Assembly: GCA_963701965.1 (NCBI GenBank)
Contig: OY969695.1
Coordinates: 3,648,001-3,712,000 of the forward strand
Source: an uncultured Gemmatimonadales bacterium
GTDB lineage: Bacteria; Gemmatimonadota; Gemmatimonadetes; Gemmatimonadales; Gemmatimonadaceae
Length of the DNA: 64,000 nucleotides
Direction: 5' to 3'
The position numbers and the translations under genes are program-made. The notes beneath the pieces are model-generated. The model did not search any database. It saw only the letters and a program-made list of their open reading frames with translations, and was not told the origin of the DNA. The first letter of the stretch is position 1, and each line of letters begins with the position of its first letter. Shown here one piece after another: positions 8,252-17,855 of this stretch.

Positions 8252-9547
8252 ATGCCGACCTTTGGAAATGGCCGCCGGGTGGCGATCGTCGCCGGCCTGC
8301 GGACGCCGTTCGCCAAAGCGGGGACGGTTTTCAAGACCATGAGCGCGATCGAGCTCGGCCGCCTCTGCGTCACGGAGTTGGTCGAGCGGGCGAATCTCGC
8401 GGGCGAGAAGGTCGATGCCCTCATCTTCGGCACCGTCATTCCGTCGGTCCTGGCGCCCAACATCGCGCGCGAAGTCGCGTTGCTGCCGATCTTTCCAAAG
8501 GGCATCCCGGCGTTTACCGTGGGCCGCGCCTGCGCATCCGCCAACCAGGCGATCACCAATGCGGCCGACCAGATCGCGCTGGGCCAAGCCAACGTCGTCA
8601 TCGCCGGCGGCGCCGAGTCGCTATCGAATGTACCAATCCTGCATTCGCGCGGATTCAGCGACATTCTGGTGACCGCGAACCGCGCCAAGACGTTGCCCGC
8701 GAAGATTCAGGCCCTGGCCCGCACCCGACCGGCCGACCTCGTGCCGATCACGCCGGCGATCGCGGAACCATCGACGGGCGAGACGATGGGTGAGTCCGCC
8801 GAGAAGATGGCTAAGATCAACCACATCCCGCGCGACGAGCAGGACCAGTTCGCGCTGCGCTCCCACCGGCTCGCCGCGGCGGGTACGACCGACGGGCGCC
8901 TGACCGCGGAGATTGCCCCGGTCTATGTGACGCCCAAATACGACACCGTGGCCACGTCCGACAACGGGATTCGCGAGACGACGAGCTTCGAGCAGCTCGC
9001 CGTGCTCAAGCCCGTGTTCGACCGCAAGTACGGCTCGGTGACCGCGGGCAACGCGTCGCCGCTCACCGATGGCGCGGCGGCGGTGGTGCTGATGGGTGAA
9101 GACACGGCCAAAGCGCTGGGCTACGCGCCGCTCGCCTTCATCCGGTCGTATGCCTATGCAGCGCTGGATCCCGGCGAGCAGCTCTTGATGGCGCCGGTGC
9201 TCGCGGCCCCCGATGCGCTGCGGCGCGCCGGGCTCACGCTGGCCGACATGGACCTCATCGAGATGCACGAGGCGTTCGCCGCCCAGGTCCTGTCCAATCT
9301 CTGCGGGTTCGAGTCCCAGTCGTGGGCCGAGCGCGCGGGGCTGAGCCGGCCGCTGGGCGCGGTCGACCGCGCGCGCCTCAATGTCATGGGCGGATCGATC
9401 GCCATCGGCCACCCGTTCGGCGCGACCGGCGCCCGGATCGCGACGACGCTCGCCAACGAACTGCGGCGCCGCGACGGGCAGTTTGGGCTTTTGACCGTCT
9501 GTGCGGCCGGCGGGATGGGACACGCGATGGTACTCGAGCGCGCATGA
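8252..9547 (+). CDS. fadI: Acetyl-CoA C-acyltransferase (thiolase)
   Basis: GLRTPFAK, RACASANQA, MHEAFAAQ, GHPFGATG, CAAGGMG; paired with fadJ. Confidence 0.93.
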   Translation: MPTFGNGRRVAIVAGLRTPFAKAGTVFKTMSAIELGRLCVTELVERANLAGEKVDALIFGTVIPSVLAPNIAREVALLPIFPKGIPAFTVGRACASANQAITNAADQIALGQANVVIAGGAESLSNVPILHSRGFSDILVTANRAKTLPAKIQALARTRPADLVPITPAIAEPSTGETMGESAEKMAKINHIPRDEQDQFALRSHRLAAAGTTDGRLTAEIAPVYVTPKYDTVATSDNGIRETTSFEQLAVLKPVFDRKYGSVTAGNASPLTDGAAAVVLMGEDTAKALGYAPLAFIRSYAYAALDPGEQLLMAPVLAAPDALRRAGLTLADMDLIEMHEAFAAQVLSNLCGFESQSWAERAGLSRPLGAVDRARLNVMGGSIAIGHPFGATGARIATTLANELRRRDGQFGLLTVCAAGGMGHAMVLERA

Positions 9548-11721
9548 GTCTCGGCGCCGCGCCCGACTTGACGCCGGGGCTCAGGCCGGCGTTGTCCGTC
9601 GAGGTGCGCGATACGATCGCGCTCATCACGTTCGACCTGCCGCAGTCGCCCGTCAACATCTTCTCGCGCCCCGTGCGCGAGGAGTTCGTGGCGATTCTCG
9701 AGCGGCTGGAGCGCGACGACAACCTGCGGGCCGCGATCCTGTTCAGCGGTAAACCCGACGTCTGGATCGCGGGCGCCGATATCGAGGAGCTGGTCGCGTT
9801 ATCGACGGCGACGGACGCCGAGCGGTTGAGTCGCGAGGGACAGGCGCTGCTGCGGCGTGTCGAGCTCCTCCGGACCCCGCTCATCGCCGCGATTCAAGGC
9901 GCGTGCGTGGGCGGGGGACTCGAGCTGGCGCTGGCCTGCGCCTACCGGATCGCCGCCGACACGCCGAAAACGACGCTCTCGCTGCCCGAGGTCAACCTGG
10001 GCCTCATCCCCGGCACCGGGGGCACGCAGCGGCTGCCGCGCACGGTCGGCATCCGCACGGCGCTGGACATGATCCTACGGGGTGGAAGCGTCCGGCCGCG
10101 CAAAGCGCTGCAGACGGCGCTGATCGATGAGCTCGTGCATCCGGCGATCTTGCGGGATATCGCGCTCGCCCGCGCGCGGGAATTCGCCGGGGGGCGGCCG
10201 CCCGCGCGCCGCCGGCCCAGTGGTTCCGCCGCGCAACGGCTGCTGCTGGAAGCCAATCCGGTGGGACGCGCCGTCGTCTTCCGGCAGGCCCGCCAACAGA
10301 TCCTCGCCAAGACCAAAGGCCACTACCCGGCGCCACTGGCCGCCATCGCGGCGGTCGCCGCGGGCTACACCGGCGGCGATCGCGGGTACCGCGAAGAGGC
10401 CCGGGCGTTCGGCGCCTGTGCCGCGACCGATGTGGCCAAGAACCTGATCTACATCTTCTTCGCGCAAAATGCACTCAAGAAGAGCGACGCCACCGCGCCA
10501 CTGCCGGCCCCTGTGCAGAAAATCGGGGTCCTGGGGACGGGGTTCATGGGCGCCGGGATCGCGTCGGTCGCGGCGCAGCAGGGGATCGCCGTGCGATTCA
10601 AGGACACGGAGCACGGTCGCGTGCTCAAAGGCCTGGCCTCGGTCCGCGGCGTCATTCGCGAGCGCCTGACGCGCAAGCAGATCACGCGATCGCAGTTCGA
10701 CGACATGATGTCGCTCGTCGAAGGCACGATCTCGTACACGGGATTCGCCAACGTCCAAGTCGTCATCGAGGCGGTGTTCGAGAAACTGGACGTCAAGCAG
10801 GGGGTCATCCGCGAGGTGGCGCGCGTGCTGCCGCGCGACGCGATCACGGCGACGAACACGAGCACGATTCCGATCGCCAGTATCGCCCAGGCATCGCGGG
10901 ACGCATCCCGGGTCATCGGCATGCACTTCTTCTCGCCGGTGAACAAGATGCCGTTGCTGGAAGTGATCGTGACGCCGGCGACCGATCCGGGGGTCACCGC
11001 GACGGTCCGCGCGCTCGGCGCCCGCATGGGCAAGACGGTCATCGTCGTGAACGACAGCCCGGGCTTCTACGTCAATCGCATTCTGGCGCCGTACGTGAAT
11101 GAGGCCGGACGCATGCTCGATGAGGGCGTCGCCATCGACGCCATCGACCGGGCACTGGTCGCGTTCGGATTCCCGGTCGGTCCCATCACGCTCATCGACG
11201 AAGTCGGCTTGGACGTGGCCGGCGAATCGGGCAAGACCATGAGCCAGGCGTTCGGCGCACGCTTGACGCCGTCGGCGTCACTCGAACGCGTCATCAGTGC
11301 CGGGCGGTTGGGCCGGAAAAATCGCAAGGGGTTCTATTTGTACGACGAGCAGGGCGAGAAGAAGGGGGTGGACTCGTCGGTCTACACGATCCTGCCCACG
11401 GGCGCGCAGCGCAGCACGATCCCCGAAGAGGACATCCAGCGGCGGGCCGTGCTCGCCATGGTGAACGAAGCGGTGCGGTGTCTGGAAGAGGGGGTCATCC
11501 GCTCGGCGCGCGACGGCGACATCGGCGCGGTCATGGGGATCGGGTTCCCGCCGTTCCGCGGTGGGCCGTTCCGATATCTCGACAGTCTCGGCGCCGAGCA
11601 GGTGGTGCGGCAACTCGAAGAGCTCAATGATCGCTACGCGCCCCGGTTCCAGGCAGCGGAACTGCTGATCGAGATGGCGCGCAAGAAAACTCCCTTCACC
11701 ACAACATCGTCCACTCCGTGA
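9544..11721 (+). CDS. fadJ: Fatty acid oxidation complex alpha subunit (enoyl-CoA hydratase/3-hydroxyacyl-CoA dehydrogenase)
   Basis: GGGLELALAC, LPEVNLGLIPG, GTGFMGAG, TNTSTIP, GMHFFSPV; ATGA overlap with fadI. Confidence 0.93.
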   Translation: MSLGAAPDLTPGLRPALSVEVRDTIALITFDLPQSPVNIFSRPVREEFVAILERLERDDNLRAAILFSGKPDVWIAGADIEELVALSTATDAERLSREGQALLRRVELLRTPLIAAIQGACVGGGLELALACAYRIAADTPKTTLSLPEVNLGLIPGTGGTQRLPRTVGIRTALDMILRGGSVRPRKALQTALIDELVHPAILRDIALARAREFAGGRPPARRRPSGSAAQRLLLEANPVGRAVVFRQARQQILAKTKGHYPAPLAAIAAVAAGYTGGDRGYREEARAFGACAATDVAKNLIYIFFAQNALKKSDATAPLPAPVQKIGVLGTGFMGAGIASVAAQQGIAVRFKDTEHGRVLKGLASVRGVIRERLTRKQITRSQFDDMMSLVEGTISYTGFANVQVVIEAVFEKLDVKQGVIREVARVLPRDAITATNTSTIPIASIAQASRDASRVIGMHFFSPVNKMPLLEVIVTPATDPGVTATVRALGARMGKTVIVVNDSPGFYVNRILAPYVNEAGRMLDEGVAIDAIDRALVAFGFPVGPITLIDEVGLDVAGESGKTMSQAFGARLTPSASLERVISAGRLGRKNRKGFYLYDEQGEKKGVDSSVYTILPTGAQRSTIPEEDIQRRAVLAMVNEAVRCLEEGVIRSARDGDIGAVMGIGFPPFRGGPFRYLDSLGAEQVVRQLEELNDRYAPRFQAAELLIEMARKKTPFTTTSSTP

Positions 11722-13277
11722 GAAAACTTTTCGGTGTCGCGACCGCCGTCGTGCTCGTGGGCTGCGGCGACCACCTGACCACGCGGGCCGAACGCTCCGC
11801 GTACGCCGAGACCTCCCACTACACCGACGTCATCGCGTTCTTGGACGCCCTGAGCGGTCACATCGATCCGTCGATCCATACCGAGCGCGGCACGCTGGGC
11901 ATGACGACGGAAGGGCGGGCCATTCCCTACCTGATATTGTCCCGCGCCGCGACATCGCCCGCCGACGCGCACGCGCACGGTGTGCCGGTGATCTACGTCC
12001 AGGCCAACATCCACGCCGGCGAGGTCGAAGGGAAGGAAGCCCTGATGGCCCTGCTGCGCGACATCACGGCGCGCACCAACCCCGGCGCCAGCGTGCTGGA
12101 CTCCGTCCTGCTCATCGCCGTCCCCATCTACAACGCCGACGGGAACGAGAAGTTCGCGCCGCAGGCCGTGAACCGTACGGAGCAGAACGGCCCGGAGATG
12201 GTCGGGCAGCGGCCCAATGCCCAGGGCCTCGACCTCAATCGGGACTACGTCAAGGCCGAGGCGCCGGAGACCCGCGCGTCGCTGGCCGCGTTCGACCGGT
12301 GGGACCCCGACGTCTTCGTCGATCTGCACACCACGGACGGCAGCTTTCACGGATACGCGCTGACGTACGCGCCGTCGCTCTCGCCCGCCGCGTTCGGCGC
12401 CGGCGCCTACACGCGCGACTCGCTGTTGCCCGAGCTGCGCCGCCGCATGCAGGCGCGGCATGGATTCGCGGTGTTCGACTATGGCAACTTCGATACCCTG
12501 CCCGTGCGGGCGTGGAAGACCTACGATCACCGGCCGCGGTTCGGTACGAACTACGTGGGGCTGCGCGGGCGCGTCGCCATCCTGAGCGAAGCGTATTCGC
12601 ACGATCCGTTCGAGCGCCGCGTCCAGAGCACCTACGCGTTCGTCCGCGAGATTCTGTCGTTGGTCGCCGAGCGCCGGACCGGGGTCACCCACCTGAGCGC
12701 CCCGCGGACGGATAGCGTGCCGATCCGCTCCCAGCTGACCCGCACGCCGTTCACCGCCCCCGTCATTGCCGAATCCCTGCGGGCCACGGGCGACACGTCA
12801 TTGACCCAGCCCGGTGTGCCGCGCGGGCGCCGGCGCGCCGGCCATTTCGATACCATTGCCATGCCGGTGTACGACCGGTTCGAGCCCACGTTGACTGTGG
12901 ACATCCCGCCGGGCTACGTCATTCCGGCGGGCGACAGCGCGGCCGTGGGCCTCCTGCGGTTGCACGGGATTACCGTGGACGGCCCCCGCAACATCTGCGG
13001 GACGGCGCGGCGGTTCGTCATCGACAGCGTGACGCACGCGCCGGAGATTTTCCAGGGCCACCACCAGGCGCGGGTGTTCGGTCGTTGGACGCCGGGCGCC
13101 GCGCCCGTCCGGGCGCCGTGTTATCTGGTCAACACGAAACAACGGCTCGGCGCGCTCGCGGTGTATCTTTTGGAGCCCGAGAGCGACGACGGTCTGGTCA
13201 CGTGGAACGTCTTCGACCGGGATGCGATGCATCAGGGTGCGGCGTATCCAGTCCAGCGAGTCGTCGAGCCGAACTGA
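11718..13277 (+). CDS. M14 family zinc carboxypeptidase, probable lipoprotein
   Basis: IHAGEVEG (HxxE), DLNRD, DLHTT; lipobox LVGC; GTGA overlap with fadJ. Confidence 0.88.
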   Translation: MRKLFGVATAVVLVGCGDHLTTRAERSAYAETSHYTDVIAFLDALSGHIDPSIHTERGTLGMTTEGRAIPYLILSRAATSPADAHAHGVPVIYVQANIHAGEVEGKEALMALLRDITARTNPGASVLDSVLLIAVPIYNADGNEKFAPQAVNRTEQNGPEMVGQRPNAQGLDLNRDYVKAEAPETRASLAAFDRWDPDVFVDLHTTDGSFHGYALTYAPSLSPAAFGAGAYTRDSLLPELRRRMQARHGFAVFDYGNFDTLPVRAWKTYDHRPRFGTNYVGLRGRVAILSEAYSHDPFERRVQSTYAFVREILSLVAERRTGVTHLSAPRTDSVPIRSQLTRTPFTAPVIAESLRATGDTSLTQPGVPRGRRRAGHFDTIAMPVYDRFEPTLTVDIPPGYVIPAGDSAAVGLLRLHGITVDGPRNICGTARRFVIDSVTHAPEIFQGHHQARVFGRWTPGAAPVRAPCYLVNTKQRLGALAVYLLEPESDDGLVTWNVFDRDAMHQGAAYPVQRVVEPN

Positions 13278-13289
13278 TCCCCGAGGCGT

Positions 13290-14225
13290 ATGCTGCGCAG
13301 CGCGCTGCTCTATCTGTCCGATCAACCGCAAGTCTTCAAATTCGTCAGGCACAACAAGCTCGCCCGCAAGTTCGCCGAACGTTTCGTGGCGGGCGAGACG
13401 CTGGAGGAAGTGCTGGATTCGGTCGCCGCGCTCAACGCCAAGGGGATCTCCGCTTCGTTGGATCTCCTGGGCGAGAGCGTGCATGCCGAACAGGAAGCGC
13501 GGGCCGCCGGCCGGGAATACCTCCACATGCTCGACCGGATCCGCGAGCGGAAGCTCAATGCCAATGTCTCCGTGAAGCTCACGGCCATGGGGCTCGACCT
13601 CTCCGAAGAGCTGTGCGTGGAGATCATGCACGACATCCTGGGCCGGGCTCGCGACTATCGCACGTTTGTGCGCCTGGACATGGAGTCGAGCGCCTACACG
13701 GACCGCACGCTGCGATTGTTCTACGACCGCCTCTACCCGGCGTACGATGGGCACGTGGGCATCGTGCTCCAGAGCGCGCTCCGGCGCACCGAAGCGGACG
13801 TCGCCCGCGCGGTCGGGGCCAAGTGCCGGGTGCGGATCTGTAAGGGCGCCTATCGGGAAGCACCCGCGGTCGCCTTTCCCGACAAAAAGGACGTGGACGA
13901 GCACTATGTGCGGTGCATGCAGACGCTGATGCGGGACGGCAATTATCCCGGCATCGCCACCCACGATGAGCGCATCATCGCGCGGGCCAAGCAGTTCGCG
14001 GCCGCCGAGAAGATCGGCACCGACCGGTTCGAGTTTCAGATGCTGTACGGCGTGCGGCGCGACTTGCAGGAGGCCTTGGTGCGGGCGGGCTACCGCGTGC
14101 GCGTGTACGTGCCGTTCGGCACCCAGTGGTATCCGTATCTGATGCGCCGGCTCGCGGAGCGGCCGGCCAACGTCGCGTTCATCACCGGCAACGTGTTGCG
14201 GGAGATGGTGAGCGGACACCGGTGA
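13290..14225 (+). CDS. Monofunctional proline dehydrogenase
   Basis: RFVAGE, RLDME, RICKGAY, ATHD, FQMLYG, VYVPFG...YLMRRLAE. Confidence 0.93.
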   Translation: MLRSALLYLSDQPQVFKFVRHNKLARKFAERFVAGETLEEVLDSVAALNAKGISASLDLLGESVHAEQEARAAGREYLHMLDRIRERKLNANVSVKLTAMGLDLSEELCVEIMHDILGRARDYRTFVRLDMESSAYTDRTLRLFYDRLYPAYDGHVGIVLQSALRRTEADVARAVGAKCRVRICKGAYREAPAVAFPDKKDVDEHYVRCMQTLMRDGNYPGIATHDERIIARAKQFAAAEKIGTDRFEFQMLYGVRRDLQEALVRAGYRVRVYVPFGTQWYPYLMRRLAERPANVAFITGNVLREMVSGHR

Positions 14226-15424
14226 GAGATGAGTCGACGTTGGGCGGCTATGTCGCCGTCCACGCGCGGCCGCCGGCGTTCACCGGGGTCGATGGGCTCG
14301 CCTACACGGTCGACGTCACCGTCGACGACACCGGGGTCACGGAGGCCCCGGTTGGGGCGTCCCTGCTCTTCATTCGTTGGAGCGGGGAGCCGCCGGTGAT
14401 CAGCGGCCATCTGGAGTCCGATTTTCTCTCGCGCGGCGCGACCGAGGCCGCGGTCCGTGCCGACATTGCCCGGCTTCCGCTGCTCGACGTGAAATCGACG
14501 CTCGACGCGCTCATCGCCGCGCCCGGGTCGCGGCGCGGCGTGGTGTTGAACGGCACGGGCGGGGTGTGGGTCGTGCGCACCAGCACCGGCGAGACGCACG
14601 AGGTGTCGCTCCGCGGCCGTCTCAAGACATTGGCCGACACCAAGCTCGCCGTGGGCGACCACGTCACGCTGGAGCGCGACGAGCGGGGCGGGGCGTGGGC
14701 CATCGCCGAGATCCTGCCGCGGCGCTCGGTGCTGGCCCGGCGATCGCCGGGCGGATACGGCGAACGCGTGGTCGCGGCCAACGTCGACCAAGTGGTCGTC
14801 GTGTTCGCCGTGGCGAACCCGGAGCCGCATTTGCGCATGGTGGACCGGTTTCTGGTCATTGCCGAGGCGAACGAGCTGGCCGCGCGCATCGTGGTCAACA
14901 AGGTGGACCTGGCCGACGAAGCGGACGTGCGGGCGCGGTTCGCGGATTATACGGCCGCGGGATACCCGGTCCATATCACGAGCACGATCACCGGGGCGGG
15001 ACTCGCCGCGCTGGCCGAGGCGCTGCGGGGCCGGACGTCGGCGCTGAGCGGCCCGTCAGGCGTCGGGAAATCGTCGCTGCTCAACGCGCTCTATCCCGGG
15101 CTCGACCTGCGGGTCGGCGCCATCTCGGCGTCGGTCAACAAGGGGCGTCATACCACTGTCGGCGCGCTCTTGCATCCGCTGCCGGACGGGGGATTCGTGG
15201 CCGACACGCCGGGATTGCGGGAGGTGGGCGTCTGGGGGCTGTCGCCGGATTCCCTCGACCAGTGTTTTCCGGAATTCGGACCGTACTTGGGTGAGTGCCG
15301 GTTTGGCGACTGCCATCACATTGTCGAGCCGGGGTGCGCAGTGCGGGCGGCGGTTGAAGCGCGCGAGATCAGTGCGGCGCGATACGACAGCTACAGCCGG
15401 CTGCGCGCCGAGCTGTCGGAGTGA
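14222..15424 (+). CDS. rsgA: Ribosome small subunit-dependent GTPase A with an extra ~100-aa N-terminal region
   Basis: Circularly permuted GTPase: NKVD, GPSGVGKSS, GRHTT, DTPG; zinc finger CRFGDCHHIVEPGC; GTGA overlap with the upstream gene. Confidence 0.92.
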   Translation: MRDESTLGGYVAVHARPPAFTGVDGLAYTVDVTVDDTGVTEAPVGASLLFIRWSGEPPVISGHLESDFLSRGATEAAVRADIARLPLLDVKSTLDALIAAPGSRRGVVLNGTGGVWVVRTSTGETHEVSLRGRLKTLADTKLAVGDHVTLERDERGGAWAIAEILPRRSVLARRSPGGYGERVVAANVDQVVVVFAVANPEPHLRMVDRFLVIAEANELAARIVVNKVDLADEADVRARFADYTAAGYPVHITSTITGAGLAALAEALRGRTSALSGPSGVGKSSLLNALYPGLDLRVGAISASVNKGRHTTVGALLHPLPDGGFVADTPGLREVGVWGLSPDSLDQCFPEFGPYLGECRFGDCHHIVEPGCAVRAAVEAREISAARYDSYSRLRAELSE

Positions 15425-16197
15425 GGGCCGGGCCCGCGTTGGCGATGGCGCTGACGCTGGGCTGTGCCGGGATGTCGCCCTCGCCTCAGCCGGCTCCGAC
15501 CGGCTGGCGGGTCGCCTTCCAGTCGACGTTCGATCGCCTGGACACCGCGGTGTGGCAGGCGAGCACGCATACCTTCGAGGGCAGCGCGTCGCGATTCACG
15601 CCGCGCAACGTCGCCGCGCGCCGTGGCCGCCTCGTGCTCACGCTCGGCACCGACTCCCTCGGCGACCGGGCGTTCACGGGTGCCGAGATCGCCACCTGCT
15701 CGTCCGTGGGCCCGCTGCGCTATGGGCGCTACGAAGTCCGCATGCGCGCGGCCCGCGGCAGCGGCGTCGTCTCCGCGTTCTTCGCCTATCGCCCTGAGCC
15801 CTGGCAGGAGATCGACGTCGAGTTCCTGGGGCGGGCGCGGGACTCCGTACAGGTCAATGTCTACAACTCGCCGACCGGCACGCCCGTGGAGCAGCCGCCG
15901 TTTCCGCTGCGCGCGAGTCTGGGGTTCGATGCCAGCGCCGACTTCCATACCTACGCCTACGAGTGGGACCCGGCGGCGATTCGCTGGTACGTCGACGATC
16001 GCCTCATCGGCCAAACCACAGCTCCCGCGCAGGTGCCCACGCGGCCGCTGCGCATTGCGCTCAACGTGTGGCTCTCGACCACCGAAGCCTGGGCCGGCCC
16101 CATCGACCGCGCCGTGCTCCCCGCGCGCGCCGAGTACACTCTGGATTCGGCTATTGGTGCCCGAGAAAGGGGCTCGCGGTCGCCCTGCTGGGGGTAG
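15421..16197 (+). CDS. Glycoside hydrolase family 16 (lichenase-like), probable lipoprotein; C-terminus possibly frameshifted
   Basis: WQEIDVEFLG catalytic ExDxE, YGRYEVRM, DFHTYAYEW; lipobox TLGC. Confidence 0.88.
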   Translation: MRAGPALAMALTLGCAGMSPSPQPAPTGWRVAFQSTFDRLDTAVWQASTHTFEGSASRFTPRNVAARRGRLVLTLGTDSLGDRAFTGAEIATCSSVGPLRYGRYEVRMRAARGSGVVSAFFAYRPEPWQEIDVEFLGRARDSVQVNVYNSPTGTPVEQPPFPLRASLGFDASADFHTYAYEWDPAAIRWYVDDRLIGQTTAPAQVPTRPLRIALNVWLSTTEAWAGPIDRAVLPARAEYTLDSAIGARERGSRSPCWG

Positions 16198-16216
16198 ACA
16201 CTAGCCTGCCTGGCAC

Positions 16217-16269
16217 CTATAATTGTCTGTTGTGGAACTATTATTGTCACAGAACAAACTATCATAGGC
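16217..16269 (+). promoter_or_regulatory. Three direct repeats with 21-bp period in an AT-rich promoter region
   Basis: CTATAATTGTC (16217), CTATTATTGTC (16238), CTATCATAGGC (16259); each contains a TANNNT hexamer. Confidence 0.55.
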
Positions 16270-16857
16270 ATGTCGTTACCAGCACTCTCCGATGCCTCGC
16301 GCATAGCTGATGCCCTGAGTCGTGTCGGCCTCCTGCTGGAGGCCGAGGGCGAGGCGATCGGGATCGTCGTGATCGGCGGGGCCGCGCTCAATCTGCTCGG
16401 GATCGTTTCGCGCCCGACTGTGGACGTCAATGTCGTGGCGTTTGGCGATCCGGATCATCTGACGGAGCCACCTGAGCCGTTGCCCGCCGCGCTGACGCGC
16501 GCCGTGCGTGATGTCGCGGTCCGCTTCTCGATGCCCACTGATTGGCTCAATGCGATGGCTGCGCTTCAGTGGAAGCAAGGCTTTCCTCCCGGCTTCGCGG
16601 CGCGTATCGTGTGGCGCCAGTACGCCGGCCTCGCGGTCGGCCTGGCCAGCAGAGAAGACCTGATATTCTTCAAACTGTACGCGGCGGCGGACCATGCATC
16701 CACCACCAGCAATCACTTCAAGGATCTGCTGGCACTCGAGCCGACCCGCCGAGAACTCAATGTCGCGGCCGACTGGGTTCGCACGCAGGACCCGTCGCCC
16801 GGATTCGCGGATCTCCTGAACGCCGCCTTGCGCCATGCCCGCTCGCGAATCGGCTAG
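16270..16857 (+). CDS. DUF6036-like nucleotidyltransferase-fold protein
   Basis: VVIGGAAL...GIVSRPTVDVN, DWLN, DLIFFKLYAAAD, HFKDL pattern of AbiEii-like nucleotidyltransferases. Confidence 0.8.
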   Translation: MSLPALSDASRIADALSRVGLLLEAEGEAIGIVVIGGAALNLLGIVSRPTVDVNVVAFGDPDHLTEPPEPLPAALTRAVRDVAVRFSMPTDWLNAMAALQWKQGFPPGFAARIVWRQYAGLAVGLASREDLIFFKLYAAADHASTTSNHFKDLLALEPTRRELNVAADWVRTQDPSPGFADLLNAALRHARSRIG

Positions 16858-17788
16858 CGCTCTGGTCGAGTTGGAGGCTGCGGCTGCCGCCTTGCGCGAG
16901 GCGACCCTCAACGCTCTGTGGCGACAGTGGGCGACGCTCGGGGCATCGGCGGCCGCCGATCGTCCAGCCCGTGCGGCGATAGACCCGGAAGCGCTGATTC
17001 TCGCGTCGCTGAATTTCGTCGACGAGGAGCCGCGCCTCTCCGACATGATCGCCCACTGGGGTATCCTCAACAGCGCCCTGCTGAGCGTGCAGCGAATCAA
17101 GAATCTCGCCGACCGCTTTCCGCGCGAGGCGAGCGCCCGCCTGCCCGCAGTTGCTCGACTCCTGTCCGATGACGGCAAAGACGCGCGCTGGAGTTCGCTT
17201 TTGGAAACGAATACGCCGGCGCTCGAGTACCGCCGTGGACGCGTTCGCAGTGTCGAGACGCCCCTCCGTCGTCTCCCGGCCCTTCTCCTCCGCCTGCGCG
17301 TATTGTTCGGCGTGGGTGCTCGTGCCGACGCGATCGCTTTCCTGCTGTGCGATAAGCGACCGGGGGAGTATGTCGATCCGGATGATGTCGCTGCCGCCAC
17401 GGCGTACAATCGGGCCGCGATGCGTCGGGTATTGGTGGCACTCGGTGGTGCGGGGTGGCTCAACGTCTCGGCTGGCACGCATTCGGGCTATTCGACCAAA
17501 CGCCTACCGATCGCCACTCTTCCCGGCGTGGCGGAGCCGGACATCCCCCGCTGGTGCTACTGCGCCGAGGTCTTTTCGTTCGTGCCGGACCTCCTATCGT
17601 TGGCCGGCGCGTTGGTCGGGCGGCACGCTCAAGAGTTTGTGAGGCAAGTGCAGCTGGAAGATCTGCTGAAGAAACATTGCCGGGCGTTCGTGGAGAATGG
17701 GCTGCTCCGCCCGCACGAGCAGGGAGTTGTCGAGCGCGCGCCGGAGCTCGTTCATGCGCTCACGCAATTGATCCGTGAGTCTATCTAG
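16835..17788 (+). CDS. Hypothetical protein, putative DNA-binding partner of the nucleotidyltransferase
   Basis: LWRQWATLG, IDPEALIL, LRLRVLFGVGARADAIAFL followed by a possible HTH; overlaps the upstream gene. Confidence 0.7.
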   Translation: MPARESASALVELEAAAAALREATLNALWRQWATLGASAAADRPARAAIDPEALILASLNFVDEEPRLSDMIAHWGILNSALLSVQRIKNLADRFPREASARLPAVARLLSDDGKDARWSSLLETNTPALEYRRGRVRSVETPLRRLPALLLRLRVLFGVGARADAIAFLLCDKRPGEYVDPDDVAAATAYNRAAMRRVLVALGGAGWLNVSAGTHSGYSTKRLPIATLPGVAEPDIPRWCYCAEVFSFVPDLLSLAGALVGRHAQEFVRQVQLEDLLKKHCRAFVENGLLRPHEQGVVERAPELVHALTQLIRESI

Positions 17789-17855
17789 AAGCTTCCCACA
17801 AGCCGGCGAGAGCGGTCGCCAATGAGAACGACCGCGCGCCGTCGTCGTGATGGCC

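Noticed and set aside
8240..8587. Long N-terminal extension of glpD in the ORF track (similarly fadJ, bioD, PBP1A, HIT, DsbA-like, helicase)
   Set aside because: Extensions overlap neighbouring genes; downstream starts fit family N-termini and stop/start overlaps
11718..13277. M14 carboxypeptidase as the target of the knottin-like peptide
   Set aside because: It is over 40 kb away in a housekeeping operon and the peptide lacks the inhibitory C-terminal tail; nothing links them
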